DNA from: Candidatus Heimdallarchaeota archaeon
GTDB lineage: Archaea; Asgardarchaeota; Heimdallarchaeia; Hodarchaeales; Hodarchaeaceae
Reading direction: 5' to 3'
NCBI GenBank assembly: GCA_011364965.1
Contig: RDOB01000002.1
Location: 160,001-224,000 of the forward strand
Length of the DNA stretch: 64,000 nucleotides
The translations under genes were made by a program, and so were the position numbers. The notes below the pieces were generated by a model. That model was not told the origin of the DNA and did not search any database. It saw nothing but the letters and a program-made list of their open reading frames with translations. Below are positions 40,703-49,401 of this stretch, one piece after another. Positions within the stretch are counted from its first letter, which is position 1; every line of letters starts with the position of its first letter.

Positions 40703-41764
40703 TTAATCAGGAAACGTTGTCCAGTTAAGAAATATCTCAATTAACTTAATTCTCATATTGATTTCATTTTCTAAACCTGATTCGCCGCCAAAAAAATCAG
40801 TCATATTCAAAATATTCAATATACTCATTAATATCATTATTGCCATATGAAAATGAAGGGGAACATAATTACCTGTATAATAGGAGTTTAATGAGTGGTG
40901 TTTAAGAGCCAATATTTCATTATAACCTGCGAGAAATGAATTCATATTCAATTTCAAACGGGTTAAATTTTGATCTTGCCTGTATATATCGACAGCTTCA
41001 ACAGCGAAGAAGTTACAAATATCTTCTAATCTATCGTGCTCAGTAGTTGTATCTAGGTATTCTGGATCAATTAAATGAGTATGAATCATAGGATTTCGGC
41101 CAATTCTCAAATCAAATATTACATTCCCTGGATGAAAATCACCGAATGTAACGGATCCTGAATCTTTCGAGATATCTTCAACTGTTCTTATCCTTCTATT
41201 AAAGATATCATTTAAACTACTTTTCTTATTCTGATCTATTGGCATTGATTCAATGCTTCTCGAGATCAGTAACTTATATTTCTCGAACCAGCATCTATTG
41301 GATTTATATCCATGAAATGCAGCTATACTTCTTCCTGCATATCTATATTTTTGCGGTCTTGGGATCCTTGAATCTCTAAAAACATCTCCTTGTATTCCTT
41401 CCATGACAACAACACCTCTAGAAAAGAATATAACACCCACTGAAGATATTCCTTGTGCTTTGTATGGAGAGAGTCTTGATTCAAGTGTATTTATCTTTTT
41501 AACTAAATCTAGCGCAATGTTGGAAGCCTCATAAATCTTAACCGCAATACTCGCTTCATCCATTCCTAGATCTGATTCCAACTTCACTTTTACGATATGA
41601 ATACCAGTTGCTCCGAGTTTTTTCTCTACTGTTATGTCTTTGACCTCAACGGAGCTTGGAGTTTTCTTGTAAGTATTTTCAACGCAAGAAACGAAATAAT
41701 CTGAAAATCCCTCGATAATTCGTCTTAGAACCTGTTGCATTCTTGTTGAAGGTGTTGATTCCAT
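40703..41764 (-). CDS. APH/choline kinase-like phosphotransferase
   Basis: AVKIY, VVMEG, GDFHPGNV, LIDPE. Confidence 0.8.
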   Translation of the reverse strand: MESTPSTRMQQVLRRIIEGFSDYFVSCVENTYKKTPSSVEVKDITVEKKLGATGIHIVKVKLESDLGMDEASIAVKIYEASNIALDLVKKINTLESRLSPYKAQGISSVGVIFFSRGVVVMEGIQGDVFRDSRIPRPQKYRYAGRSIAAFHGYKSNRCWFEKYKLLISRSIESMPIDQNKKSSLNDIFNRRIRTVEDISKDSGSVTFGDFHPGNVIFDLRIGRNPMIHTHLIDPEYLDTTTEHDRLEDICNFFAVEAVDIYRQDQNLTRLKLNMNSFLAGYNEILALKHHSLNSYYTGNYVPLHFHMAIMILMSILNILNMTDFFGGESGLENEINMRIKLIEIFLNWTTFPD

Positions 41765-41849
41765 TCAGATCCTCAGAGTAAAATTTGCACAACTAGCTAA
41801 TAAATTTATTTAAATTCTCTGTATTTATGTCAATGGGTGTAGATTCTCC

Positions 41850-42392
41850 TTGATTTTATCTAACAAAGACATACTTAGTGCAATGGAAGCACAAGAGATA
41901 GTTATTTCTCCGTTTGATAGTAGTGCAATTGGTCCATGTTCTGTTGATTTGCATTTAGGAAGTTCTTTTCTCGTTTTTCGGCATGGAACACTTTTTCGTC
42001 CAAATCAACCAGAATCTATATTAAAAAATACTGAAATGGTTCAAACTGAAGGTGAACCTTTTTTATTATCTCCCAATCAATTTGTATTAGCTAGTACGAA
42101 AGAGAAAATTTCTATCTCACGAAATCTAGCTGCTACCTTGGAGGGTAAATCCTCAATTGCTAGATTAGGAATTGTTGTTCATGCAGCTGGTTTAGTGAAT
42201 CCTGGAACAGGGTTGAAATCGCCAACTACTCTAACGCTTGAAATTTCTCAGCAAGCTAATTCCACTGTTGAATTGGAGCCAGGTATGCCTATTATTCAAA
42301 TAATTTTTCACAGACTCACTTCAGAAGCAACTATCGGATATGATGATCGTTCTTCTAGTAAGTATATCGGTCTAGACGCTCCTAAAGTATAA
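41850..42392 (+). CDS. dcd: dCTP deaminase
   Basis: ILSNKDI, PCSVDLHLG, EGKSSIARLG, TLEI. Confidence 0.92.
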   Translation: MILSNKDILSAMEAQEIVISPFDSSAIGPCSVDLHLGSSFLVFRHGTLFRPNQPESILKNTEMVQTEGEPFLLSPNQFVLASTKEKISISRNLAATLEGKSSIARLGIVVHAAGLVNPGTGLKSPTTLTLEISQQANSTVELEPGMPIIQIIFHRLTSEATIGYDDRSSSKYIGLDAPKV

Positions 42393-42401
42393 TTATTAAA
42401 T

Positions 42402-44882
42402 TCATGATGCAAATCTTCTTTTTGAGTAAAGTAATGCAATCAAGAATAAAGGAAAAATCGTTCCAATCAAGACAAAAGTCACTAGCTTTTCAGGATCCGT
42501 TATGGTTCGTTGGGGGGTTGCAGTTTTTAACTCCCCTTCTGCTAACCAAGCTATTGAATTAAAAGCTAAAATTTGATTATTTTCTGAGTCCCCAAAATAA
42601 GCAATGGGCGAAAAACCAATATTATCAAATATGATATCCGAACCAAATAATAAGATTTTTCCACCCTCGGGATTTGAATAAGAAACCAAAGTCGGATTTC
42701 CGCTATATTCAGCTAATATTGATGTGTGAGAACCTGATATTTGGAGAAAGTTTCCTCTGAATGGAAATTTTACAATATTGCTAGTGAAATTAGTCAAATA
42801 TGTAATTTCACTATCGATTAGAGACGAAATATAATTTGAAGTCACTTGTAATCCGAACGGGGAGAGAAATTTATTGAGATTGACTCTATCAAAATATCCA
42901 TTTTGTGTGTTTAGTATTAAAACTCCTCCTCCAATGGAGATATAATCTCGAATCGCATCAGCTGTTTTCTCAGACATTTTCAGATAGTTATTATTTGGAT
43001 TATATGTCCAGTCCATGTAGATATCTGATTTATTGGAAAAAGGGTTTGCTAAAATTAAGCAGTCATAATTTCGGAGTTTGGAGATTGTTAAATCCCCCTT
43101 GATATGTGGGGTCACGCTGTAGTTGTTTTCATATGCCAGTAATCTAGTAAGATTCGAGAACATACCGATTGTAGAGGAAGAGTCTCCCATTATTTCAAAC
43201 GCATCTGTTCCATATCCATGACGTGCTATTCGATTTAGTGATTCGTCAAATAGGACTCGATGAATGGGTTCTCTTATTTGAAATTCTATTGGAAAACTGG
43301 TTGATCCAATGGATACATTGAACGAGATTATTGTTTCTTCAGCAGAATTAGGTATAGAAAAGTTAAATTCCATTAATTTCGTTCCATTTTTTATATTCAG
43401 CAAATTCTTCGTATTTAAATACTGATTATAAGCTTTTGGAACCTCTATTGTAATTTCTGAATTAGAACTTTGAATTATACTAAGGTTAAAAGCGACAGAG
43501 CTTCCTTTAAATAGGATTTCATAGGGGTCAATCGGTAATTTCTGAGGATGAAAGTAAGAGAACTCTGGAGGATTTGTAGTTAAAGGCATTTGTTTTAAAA
43601 ATTCTAATGATCTTGATAAGTTAATAAATCCTGCTCCTTCTTCCCAAATTGCTTCCCCTATCGATTGAGCACCTTGCATCAATGCAGCTTTTATAGTTCC
43701 TGCAGTATAAGGTTGATTAATGGATTTTAAATAATCGATTAATAATGCAGCACCTCCAGCAACAATTGGCGCTGCCATTGAAGTTCCTGATTTTGTTGTA
43801 TACCCCGAAGCAACATTACTTGGTCCAATAAGGGATGTTCCAGGAGCGGTGATATCTGGTTTCATAGAATAATCTACTTTTGGCCCGTGTGATGAGAAAT
43901 CTGCGATCTTATTACAATCAGAATTTGTAGCTGCTACTGAAATGCTTTGTAAAGATGTTCCAGGATTATTTAAAGTTCCTCTATCTCCAAATGCCGTACC
44001 AGAATTGCCTGCAGACACAGTTACAACTATATTATACATCAGGCTGATATAGTTGAGAATTTCATCTCTTATTCCCCCATTCAAGTTGTGGTATTGACCA
44101 ATTGATAGATTGATGACATCCACCGAATTAGCTACCAGAAAATCAATCGCTGAAAGAACTCCAGCTGTCGTTTCCTCTCCCCCGCCATTTCCTGCTCCAA
44201 GAACTGAGAACGTATGAATTATTTTAGCACTATAAATTTCCGATTCAGGAGCAATTCCAGTAGTAGTACCTGCAGCTAATCCCGCAACATGAGTGCCATG
44301 ACCATGCGCATCCTCTGCGGAAAAAATATCCTCAGAGTATCCATTTATTGTATTAACAAAGACTTCTCGGGACTTTACCCTTTCTCCTAGCTCAATTGGA
44401 TGAGAGTAAACCCCCGTATCAACGATTCCGATCTTGGCGCGCTGCCCTTTTATATTTTGACTGTGAAGATAGCTAGCGAAAGTTAAATCTCGGATATGCT
44501 CTGAAATAATCTTCATAGAACTAATGTTCTCTTCAATTGTGTTTTTGTACCCGATCAACTGCTGATTAAGCTCACTATGAGCAATTTGAGACGAATAATT
44601 CTTATAGAATGCAATCTTCTCTTCTGTTGTGTCAAATTTTAGATGAGCTGCAGGAAAATTCTGATAAATGGTGAGAAGAGCTTTCTCTGAATAGATTGAG
44701 TTTGGGACTTTTCCTTTAAATAAACAGATTATATCAAGAAAGTTTTCATTTTTACTATCATAGGTGTTAAATTCTTCTTCAATCCCCATATCTCTATTTG
44801 GAGGAAATAATGAGTTCAAATTCAAGATTATAAGGCTGGGGAGTATCAATAGCAATATTATTTCTCTATAAAGATTTTTCAT
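42402..44882 (-). CDS. Membrane-anchored S8 subtilase, site-1 protease (MBTPS1)-like
   Basis: Signal/anchor; VDTG, HGHGTHVAG, AGN, GTLNNP, GTSMA; RVLFD-type GATase-like domain; C-terminal TM. Confidence 0.9.
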   Translation of the reverse strand: MKNLYREIILLLILPSLIILNLNSLFPPNRDMGIEEEFNTYDSKNENFLDIICLFKGKVPNSIYSEKALLTIYQNFPAAHLKFDTTEEKIAFYKNYSSQIAHSELNQQLIGYKNTIEENISSMKIISEHIRDLTFASYLHSQNIKGQRAKIGIVDTGVYSHPIELGERVKSREVFVNTINGYSEDIFSAEDAHGHGTHVAGLAAGTTTGIAPESEIYSAKIIHTFSVLGAGNGGGEETTAGVLSAIDFLVANSVDVINLSIGQYHNLNGGIRDEILNYISLMYNIVVTVSAGNSGTAFGDRGTLNNPGTSLQSISVAATNSDCNKIADFSSHGPKVDYSMKPDITAPGTSLIGPSNVASGYTTKSGTSMAAPIVAGGAALLIDYLKSINQPYTAGTIKAALMQGAQSIGEAIWEEGAGFINLSRSLEFLKQMPLTTNPPEFSYFHPQKLPIDPYEILFKGSSVAFNLSIIQSSNSEITIEVPKAYNQYLNTKNLLNIKNGTKLMEFNFSIPNSAEETIISFNVSIGSTSFPIEFQIREPIHRVLFDESLNRIARHGYGTDAFEIMGDSSSTIGMFSNLTRLLAYENNYSVTPHIKGDLTISKLRNYDCLILANPFSNKSDIYMDWTYNPNNNYLKMSEKTADAIRDYISIGGGVLILNTQNGYFDRVNLNKFLSPFGLQVTSNYISSLIDSEITYLTNFTSNIVKFPFRGNFLQISGSHTSILAEYSGNPTLVSYSNPEGGKILLFGSDIIFDNIGFSPIAYFGDSENNQILAFNSIAWLAEGELKTATPQRTITDPEKLVTFVLIGTIFPLFLIALLYSKRRFAS

Positions 44883-44936
44883 TTACATATAACCCATATA
44901 ATCCAAATAGGAACGTTAATATTCAAATAAAGCATG

Positions 44937-45803
44937 TTATAACCATGATAGCACTATTAATAACTTTTTTAGTGAACTATTTTCCAAGCGATGGATTTTT
45001 ACTCCTTTCGATACTTCAAACTGAAAATCTTGTGTTCCTGCAGCTACCCATGGTCCCGAATTCATAAATTTTAACGAAATTTCATGTCTTTGCTCTAATG
45101 TTTCTGCACCACGAATTACATCATCCCCTTGAATAATAATTTGATTTAAACCTTCAATTCCTGAGGTTTCCAAAGAGATTTTAATTTTTAAATCTGTAAG
45201 GGTAATTCTTTGCATGGGATCATCTTTGTACTTGGCAAAGGATTTAATTAAACGAGCTCGAATCGGTTTTTTAATAAATTTATCTTCTTTCGAGATATAC
45301 GGTAGAATTTCATTCTTGAAAAATATCTCACATAAATCAAAAGGTTCCATTAGAACTAATTTCACTGTGGGAAAATAGATAAATCTAAAGCGTTTACGAA
45401 GTGTAGCAATTCTGGATGAAGATTCGGCAATAATAAATGTAGCTTGTTCACTTAGATCTGTACTCGTGATCCTTCCCTTGGCCTTTCCTTCTTCAGTTAC
45501 GTATGGGGTAACATTGAATGATTTTTGCCTATTATACAGATCAACTAACGGCTTAATCCTTTCTACTGAATAAGCTTGCCACCAAACACTAGATAGGTCA
45601 AAATTTTCTGCAACTTTCGTTAAATGTTTGCTTTGAGAAATTTTTAGATCATTTACAATTTCTATTACTTTATCACGATTATCTTCAGATAATAATCCGT
45701 TCGGTTTTAGCTCAAGGGTCTTTTTTTGCCATCTTTCAACAAGGTCTTGAAAAATATAGGTCGGGAGAGACTCCAGATAATCATATTCAGGTTCAAACCC
45801 CAC
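44937..45803 (-). CDS. Hypothetical protein, candidate CENP-N/Chl4-like
   Basis: GTG start with AAGGTGA SD. Motif-by-motif resemblance to CENP-N/Chl4 (see findings). The CDS is confident, the family call is provisional. Confidence 0.6.
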   Translation of the reverse strand: MGFEPEYDYLESLPTYIFQDLVERWQKKTLELKPNGLLSEDNRDKVIEIVNDLKISQSKHLTKVAENFDLSSVWWQAYSVERIKPLVDLYNRQKSFNVTPYVTEEGKAKGRITSTDLSEQATFIIAESSSRIATLRKRFRFIYFPTVKLVLMEPFDLCEIFFKNEILPYISKEDKFIKKPIRARLIKSFAKYKDDPMQRITLTDLKIKISLETSGIEGLNQIIIQGDDVIRGAETLEQRHEISLKFMNSGPWVAAGTQDFQFEVSKGVKIHRLENSSLKKLLIVLSWL

Positions 45804-45834
45804 TATATCTCACCTTAAATATATAGAATCAAGA

Positions 45835-46425
45835 TTATTTACCAACTTCATCAAAGAAGCTTTGAGCTAAGGCTTTAAAAGCGTCATCTACCTTTAGATT
45901 TTCTTTAGCAGAAGCAGAAATGTGACCAATTGCACCCATACGTTTAGCAAGCGAGTTTCCTTCCTCCTCTTCAACCATGCGATAGTCTTCAAGATCTGAT
46001 TTATTGCCTACTAGAATCGTTTTAATTGCTGATTTTGTTGTATCAGGTTGACTACAAAATTCCATTAATTCTTTATACCAAGGATCCATTATATTTTCAA
46101 GTGTTTCAGCTCTAGTGACATCATAGACAAACATAGCAAGGTGTGCACCTTTGAAAAACATATGACGGATAGCAGCAAAACGCGCTTGTCCCCCAATATC
46201 GTTTATAGAAAGAGTTACGGTTCGTCCATCTTTCAATTTAACCTGTTTAGACGAAATATCCAGCCCTACAGTTAATTGGTAAGAATGTCTAAAACGTGCA
46301 TGGACAAATTGGGATATCAATGAAGTTTTTCCGACTCCAGGGTCACCCAAGAGTACAAGTTTTAGTACTAATTTTTGTTTCATAATTTGAACCCCTGAAC
46401 CACCTGTATATTTATTTGATGACAA
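45835..46425 (-). CDS. Rab-like small GTPase
   Basis: GDPGVGKT, TVGLDI, DIGGQARF, FFKGA, VYDVT, NKSD, SASAK. Confidence 0.95.
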   Translation of the reverse strand: MSSNKYTGGSGVQIMKQKLVLKLVLLGDPGVGKTSLISQFVHARFRHSYQLTVGLDISSKQVKLKDGRTVTLSINDIGGQARFAAIRHMFFKGAHLAMFVYDVTRAETLENIMDPWYKELMEFCSQPDTTKSAIKTILVGNKSDLEDYRMVEEEEGNSLAKRMGAIGHISASAKENLKVDDAFKALAQSFFDEVGK

Positions 46426-46653
46426 TTGTATTATTCCTTTTAGGTCTGTCTTTAGCGGACAAAAATTTTTCTAGTCCAAATGTTGAAGGATTAAAAAAGA
46501 AAAAATCCACTAATTAAAATAATTTGGAGAAAGGGAGTCATTGTTCTTTTTTAAACATATCCGATTTTCCTCGCTCAAAGATTCCTTCTTCGAGGCTAAT
46601 TTCGGCAGAGCGGTTATCAATTTTCTCAGAATGTTATGATTTTAATAACTCTC

Positions 46654-47412
46654 TTACCTTTTACGCGTTCGTTGAGTTTTCCATATTTTTCTCATAAATT
46701 CCAGTCTAAAGAAAAATTCTAAACTTAAAAAAATCCATCTAGCAGTATCAATAGAGGGATTGATATATGAATTTCTTTTAGAATTCCCTTTAAGCAAGGA
46801 ATGTTTGTAAATCGTCTTAATTGGGATTTCCTGAATTCTTTTATTTAAAAACCACGCAATGAATAGGATTTCTGTTTCCAAGTCAAATTTATTTTTAGTT
46901 AATCCTCTATTTATGATTTCAAGTAATGCACTACGCTTATAGCATCGAAAACCACATTGTACATCAGAGATGTTCCATCGAAGCCAAAAGGTACACCAAT
47001 GTGAGGTTATTTTATTAGAGAGTCTATTCCGCGCAGGCATTCTATCATAATTACGTTTCCCAACCAAAATATCAACATTTTTTTTGTTTATGATTTGAAA
47101 GAATTGCTCGAAATCTTCAATGCTATGCTGTCCATCTGCGTCAAGGGTAAAAATCCATCTTGCCCAAGGAAATTTGTCCAAAATTATCGGATACGTGTGA
47201 CGTAGTATAAAACCCTTCCCGCTATTATTGGGATTGTGAATGATTTGAATGTTTTTTTCTCTCGCAATTTCTCTGGTATTGTCCGTAGAACCATCATCAG
47301 CTAAAATAATCTGTTTACTGCCAAAATAAAACATAAGTTTTTCTAGCAACTCAGAAAGCCCTTTTGATTCATTATATGCTGGAAGGACTACCAAACTTTT
47401 TTTAATGATCAA
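46654..47412 (-). CDS. GT2 glycosyltransferase (DPM/DPG synthase-like)
   Basis: LPAYNE, DDGSTD, NSGKG, LDADGQH, DVQCGFR, FDLETE. Confidence 0.9.
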   Translation of the reverse strand: MIIKKSLVVLPAYNESKGLSELLEKLMFYFGSKQIILADDGSTDNTREIAREKNIQIIHNPNNSGKGFILRHTYPIILDKFPWARWIFTLDADGQHSIEDFEQFFQIINKKNVDILVGKRNYDRMPARNRLSNKITSHWCTFWLRWNISDVQCGFRCYKRSALLEIINRGLTKNKFDLETEILFIAWFLNKRIQEIPIKTIYKHSLLKGNSKRNSYINPSIDTARWIFLSLEFFFRLEFMRKIWKTQRTRKR

Positions 47413-47509
47413 ATGAAAGCCCCCAAGGCCGATATATCGCAGAATGGGATTTCAAATATTAACAATATTTATCTATTTTTTATCTTAAATAAACCTGTCT
47501 GAAAATTAT

Positions 47510-47680
47510 CGGAATATGATGCCCATTTTCCTAGACTGACGCCTAAAATGATTTGGATACGCATAAATTCAACCTGAAAGAGGATTTATGCTCCTTAAAG
47601 CCAACTGGATATACTGCAGAAGGCAATACAAAATATAAACCATTCAGTGATGTCATAGTCTCACCAAAAAACATATTCTG
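47510..47680 (+). ncRNA. Candidate structured ncRNA of unknown family
   Basis: Nested stems 47510-18/47672-80, 47533-41/47651-61, 47547-50/47641-44; hairpins 47561-47591 and 47600-47624. G-U pairs favour the + strand. TTAAATAA at 47485. Confidence 0.45.
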
Positions 47681-47993
47681 GGATAAATTAGATAAGATTA
47701 CAGAGCTAATAGGAAAAAAACTTTTTTAATATTGATTAAGCAGATAATTCATATCATTGGAGCTCAGTTATTCCATTTATCTATCCTCAAGAAGAATTTC
47801 TTAATGTTTTTATGTAAATAATGACAAGATTACAATAAATTTCATAAATTAAGAAATTAAAAGGACTAATGGCTTACATTATTCCAGTAATCATGGAATT
47901 CCATATTAAATTACGAAAACTGAATAATTCTCTCAATTAAATTTATTTTACAAAGAAAATTTATTTATTTCATGCAATCAAAGTTGATAGGAA

Positions 47994-48719
47994 ATGCCAG
48001 CAGATAAATCTGTTTCCAAGTATGTTCGTGAAATTCTTGATCAAGATCCGTCACTAGTTCATGAGCTTCAACAAAGGAAAACAGCTCAGCGTGAAATCGC
48101 AAAGAAAATTAAACATCAATTAATTGACAGTGATAATTTTCCAGAAAAAGACCCCGTTAAGCTAGAAGGAAATGTAGCAGTTGCAATCACAAGATATCTA
48201 AAAAGACTTCGCGAACAACAAGAAGAATTACTCGGAGTTAAACGGGTTCAAGATGTTTTAAAGAAAGGCACAACTGAAGTCACAGATGGATTAAAGCATT
48301 ACAAAATTAATTTTCATGAGGAAGCAGAAAGACCTATTGTAGTCAATGAAGTGATTACACAGCTTGAGAGAGAAGAAATAAGCTCTGCAATACTAAACCA
48401 CCAAAGTATTGAATTATATGTTAAGAAAATGTCTGAGAGCACATTTAAAGAGAGTTTAAAAGGAATTAACGAAATAGATGTAATAAAACTTCAAGATTCA
48501 CTCAGTTTGTTAAAATTGGTTCTTCCCAAGAAAGCAGAGGAGATACCAGGAATATTAGCTCATGTTTCATCTTTATTAGCAGATCAGGCAATATCCCTTT
48601 ATGATACAATGGTTCTTCATTCAGATCATTTAATCATAATATTTGTTATAAGCGAACAGCATGCATCTAAAGCCAGAGATATTTTATTAAAACTCAATAA
48701 TGATGTACAAAAAAACTAA
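47994..48719 (+). CDS. Archaeal ACT-domain protein with helical N-terminus (putative amino-acid-sensing regulator)
   Basis: SVSKYVREIL..AVAITRY; C-terminal ACT domain (IPGILAHVSSLLADQAISL). Confidence 0.82.
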   Translation: MPADKSVSKYVREILDQDPSLVHELQQRKTAQREIAKKIKHQLIDSDNFPEKDPVKLEGNVAVAITRYLKRLREQQEELLGVKRVQDVLKKGTTEVTDGLKHYKINFHEEAERPIVVNEVITQLEREEISSAILNHQSIELYVKKMSESTFKESLKGINEIDVIKLQDSLSLLKLVLPKKAEEIPGILAHVSSLLADQAISLYDTMVLHSDHLIIIFVISEQHASKARDILLKLNNDVQKN

Positions 48720-48732
48720 TGAGGTATTAACA

Positions 48733-49374
48733 ATGAAATTAATTATGTTAGGAGCCCCAGGTTCAGGAAAGGGAACCCAAGCTAAATTCATAACTAAAGA
48801 TAGAAATATTCCTCAAATAAGTACTGGAGATCTTTTAAGATCGGCAGTAAAAGCCAATACTGAGTTGGGACGTGAAGCTAAGAAATATATGGATGCAGGT
48901 AAACTTGTACCAGATGATTTAGTTTTGCAACTACTTAAAGAACGCATATCGCAGGATGATTGTGCGAATGGTTTTATCCTTGATGGCTATCCTCGTAATC
49001 TGGCTCAAGCGGAAGAATTGCGAAATATAACAGAGATTGATATGGTTATAAATATTGAAGTTGATTATGGACTTCTAGTAACTAGGATCACAGGAAGAAG
49101 AACATGTAAAAATTGTGGGGCTATTTACCATATAGAATACAGCCCTCCTAATAACCCAGGTATTTGCGATAAATGTTCAGGTGAACTTTACCAGCGTGAT
49201 GATGATACTGAACAAACTGTACGAAAAAGGCTAGATACGTATGAGAAGGAGACCAAACCGTTAATTGATTATTATATAAATAAAAAACTCTTACATACAG
49301 TGATCAGTGATAGTACAATTGAAGCAATGAAATTGAAAGTAATAAATCTTCTGAATGATTACTTTTCTGCTTAA
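48733..49374 (+). CDS. adk: Adenylate kinase, bacterial/eukaryotic type with Zn LID
   Basis: GAPGSGKGTQA, STGDLLR, LDGYPR, CKNC..CDKC, RDDD. GAGGT SD before ATG at 48733. Confidence 0.96.
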   Translation: MKLIMLGAPGSGKGTQAKFITKDRNIPQISTGDLLRSAVKANTELGREAKKYMDAGKLVPDDLVLQLLKERISQDDCANGFILDGYPRNLAQAEELRNITEIDMVINIEVDYGLLVTRITGRRTCKNCGAIYHIEYSPPNNPGICDKCSGELYQRDDDTEQTVRKRLDTYEKETKPLIDYYINKKLLHTVISDSTIEAMKLKVINLLNDYFSA

Positions 49375-49401
49375 ATGGAATTTAAAATCATTTTCTTCTT
49401 T

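Noticed and set aside
34111-44882. SREBP-like circuit linking the S1P-like protease to HMG-CoA reductase
   Set aside because: The genes are ~7 kb apart with unrelated genes between them, and no S2P or membrane-tethered transcription factor is present in the window
47510-47680. Calling the foldback element SRP RNA, RNase P RNA, 5S rRNA or a C/D guide
   Set aside because: There is no SRP54-binding helix-8 motif, no GAGGAAAGUCC and no 5S signature, and the C/D-like boxes are incomplete or misordered
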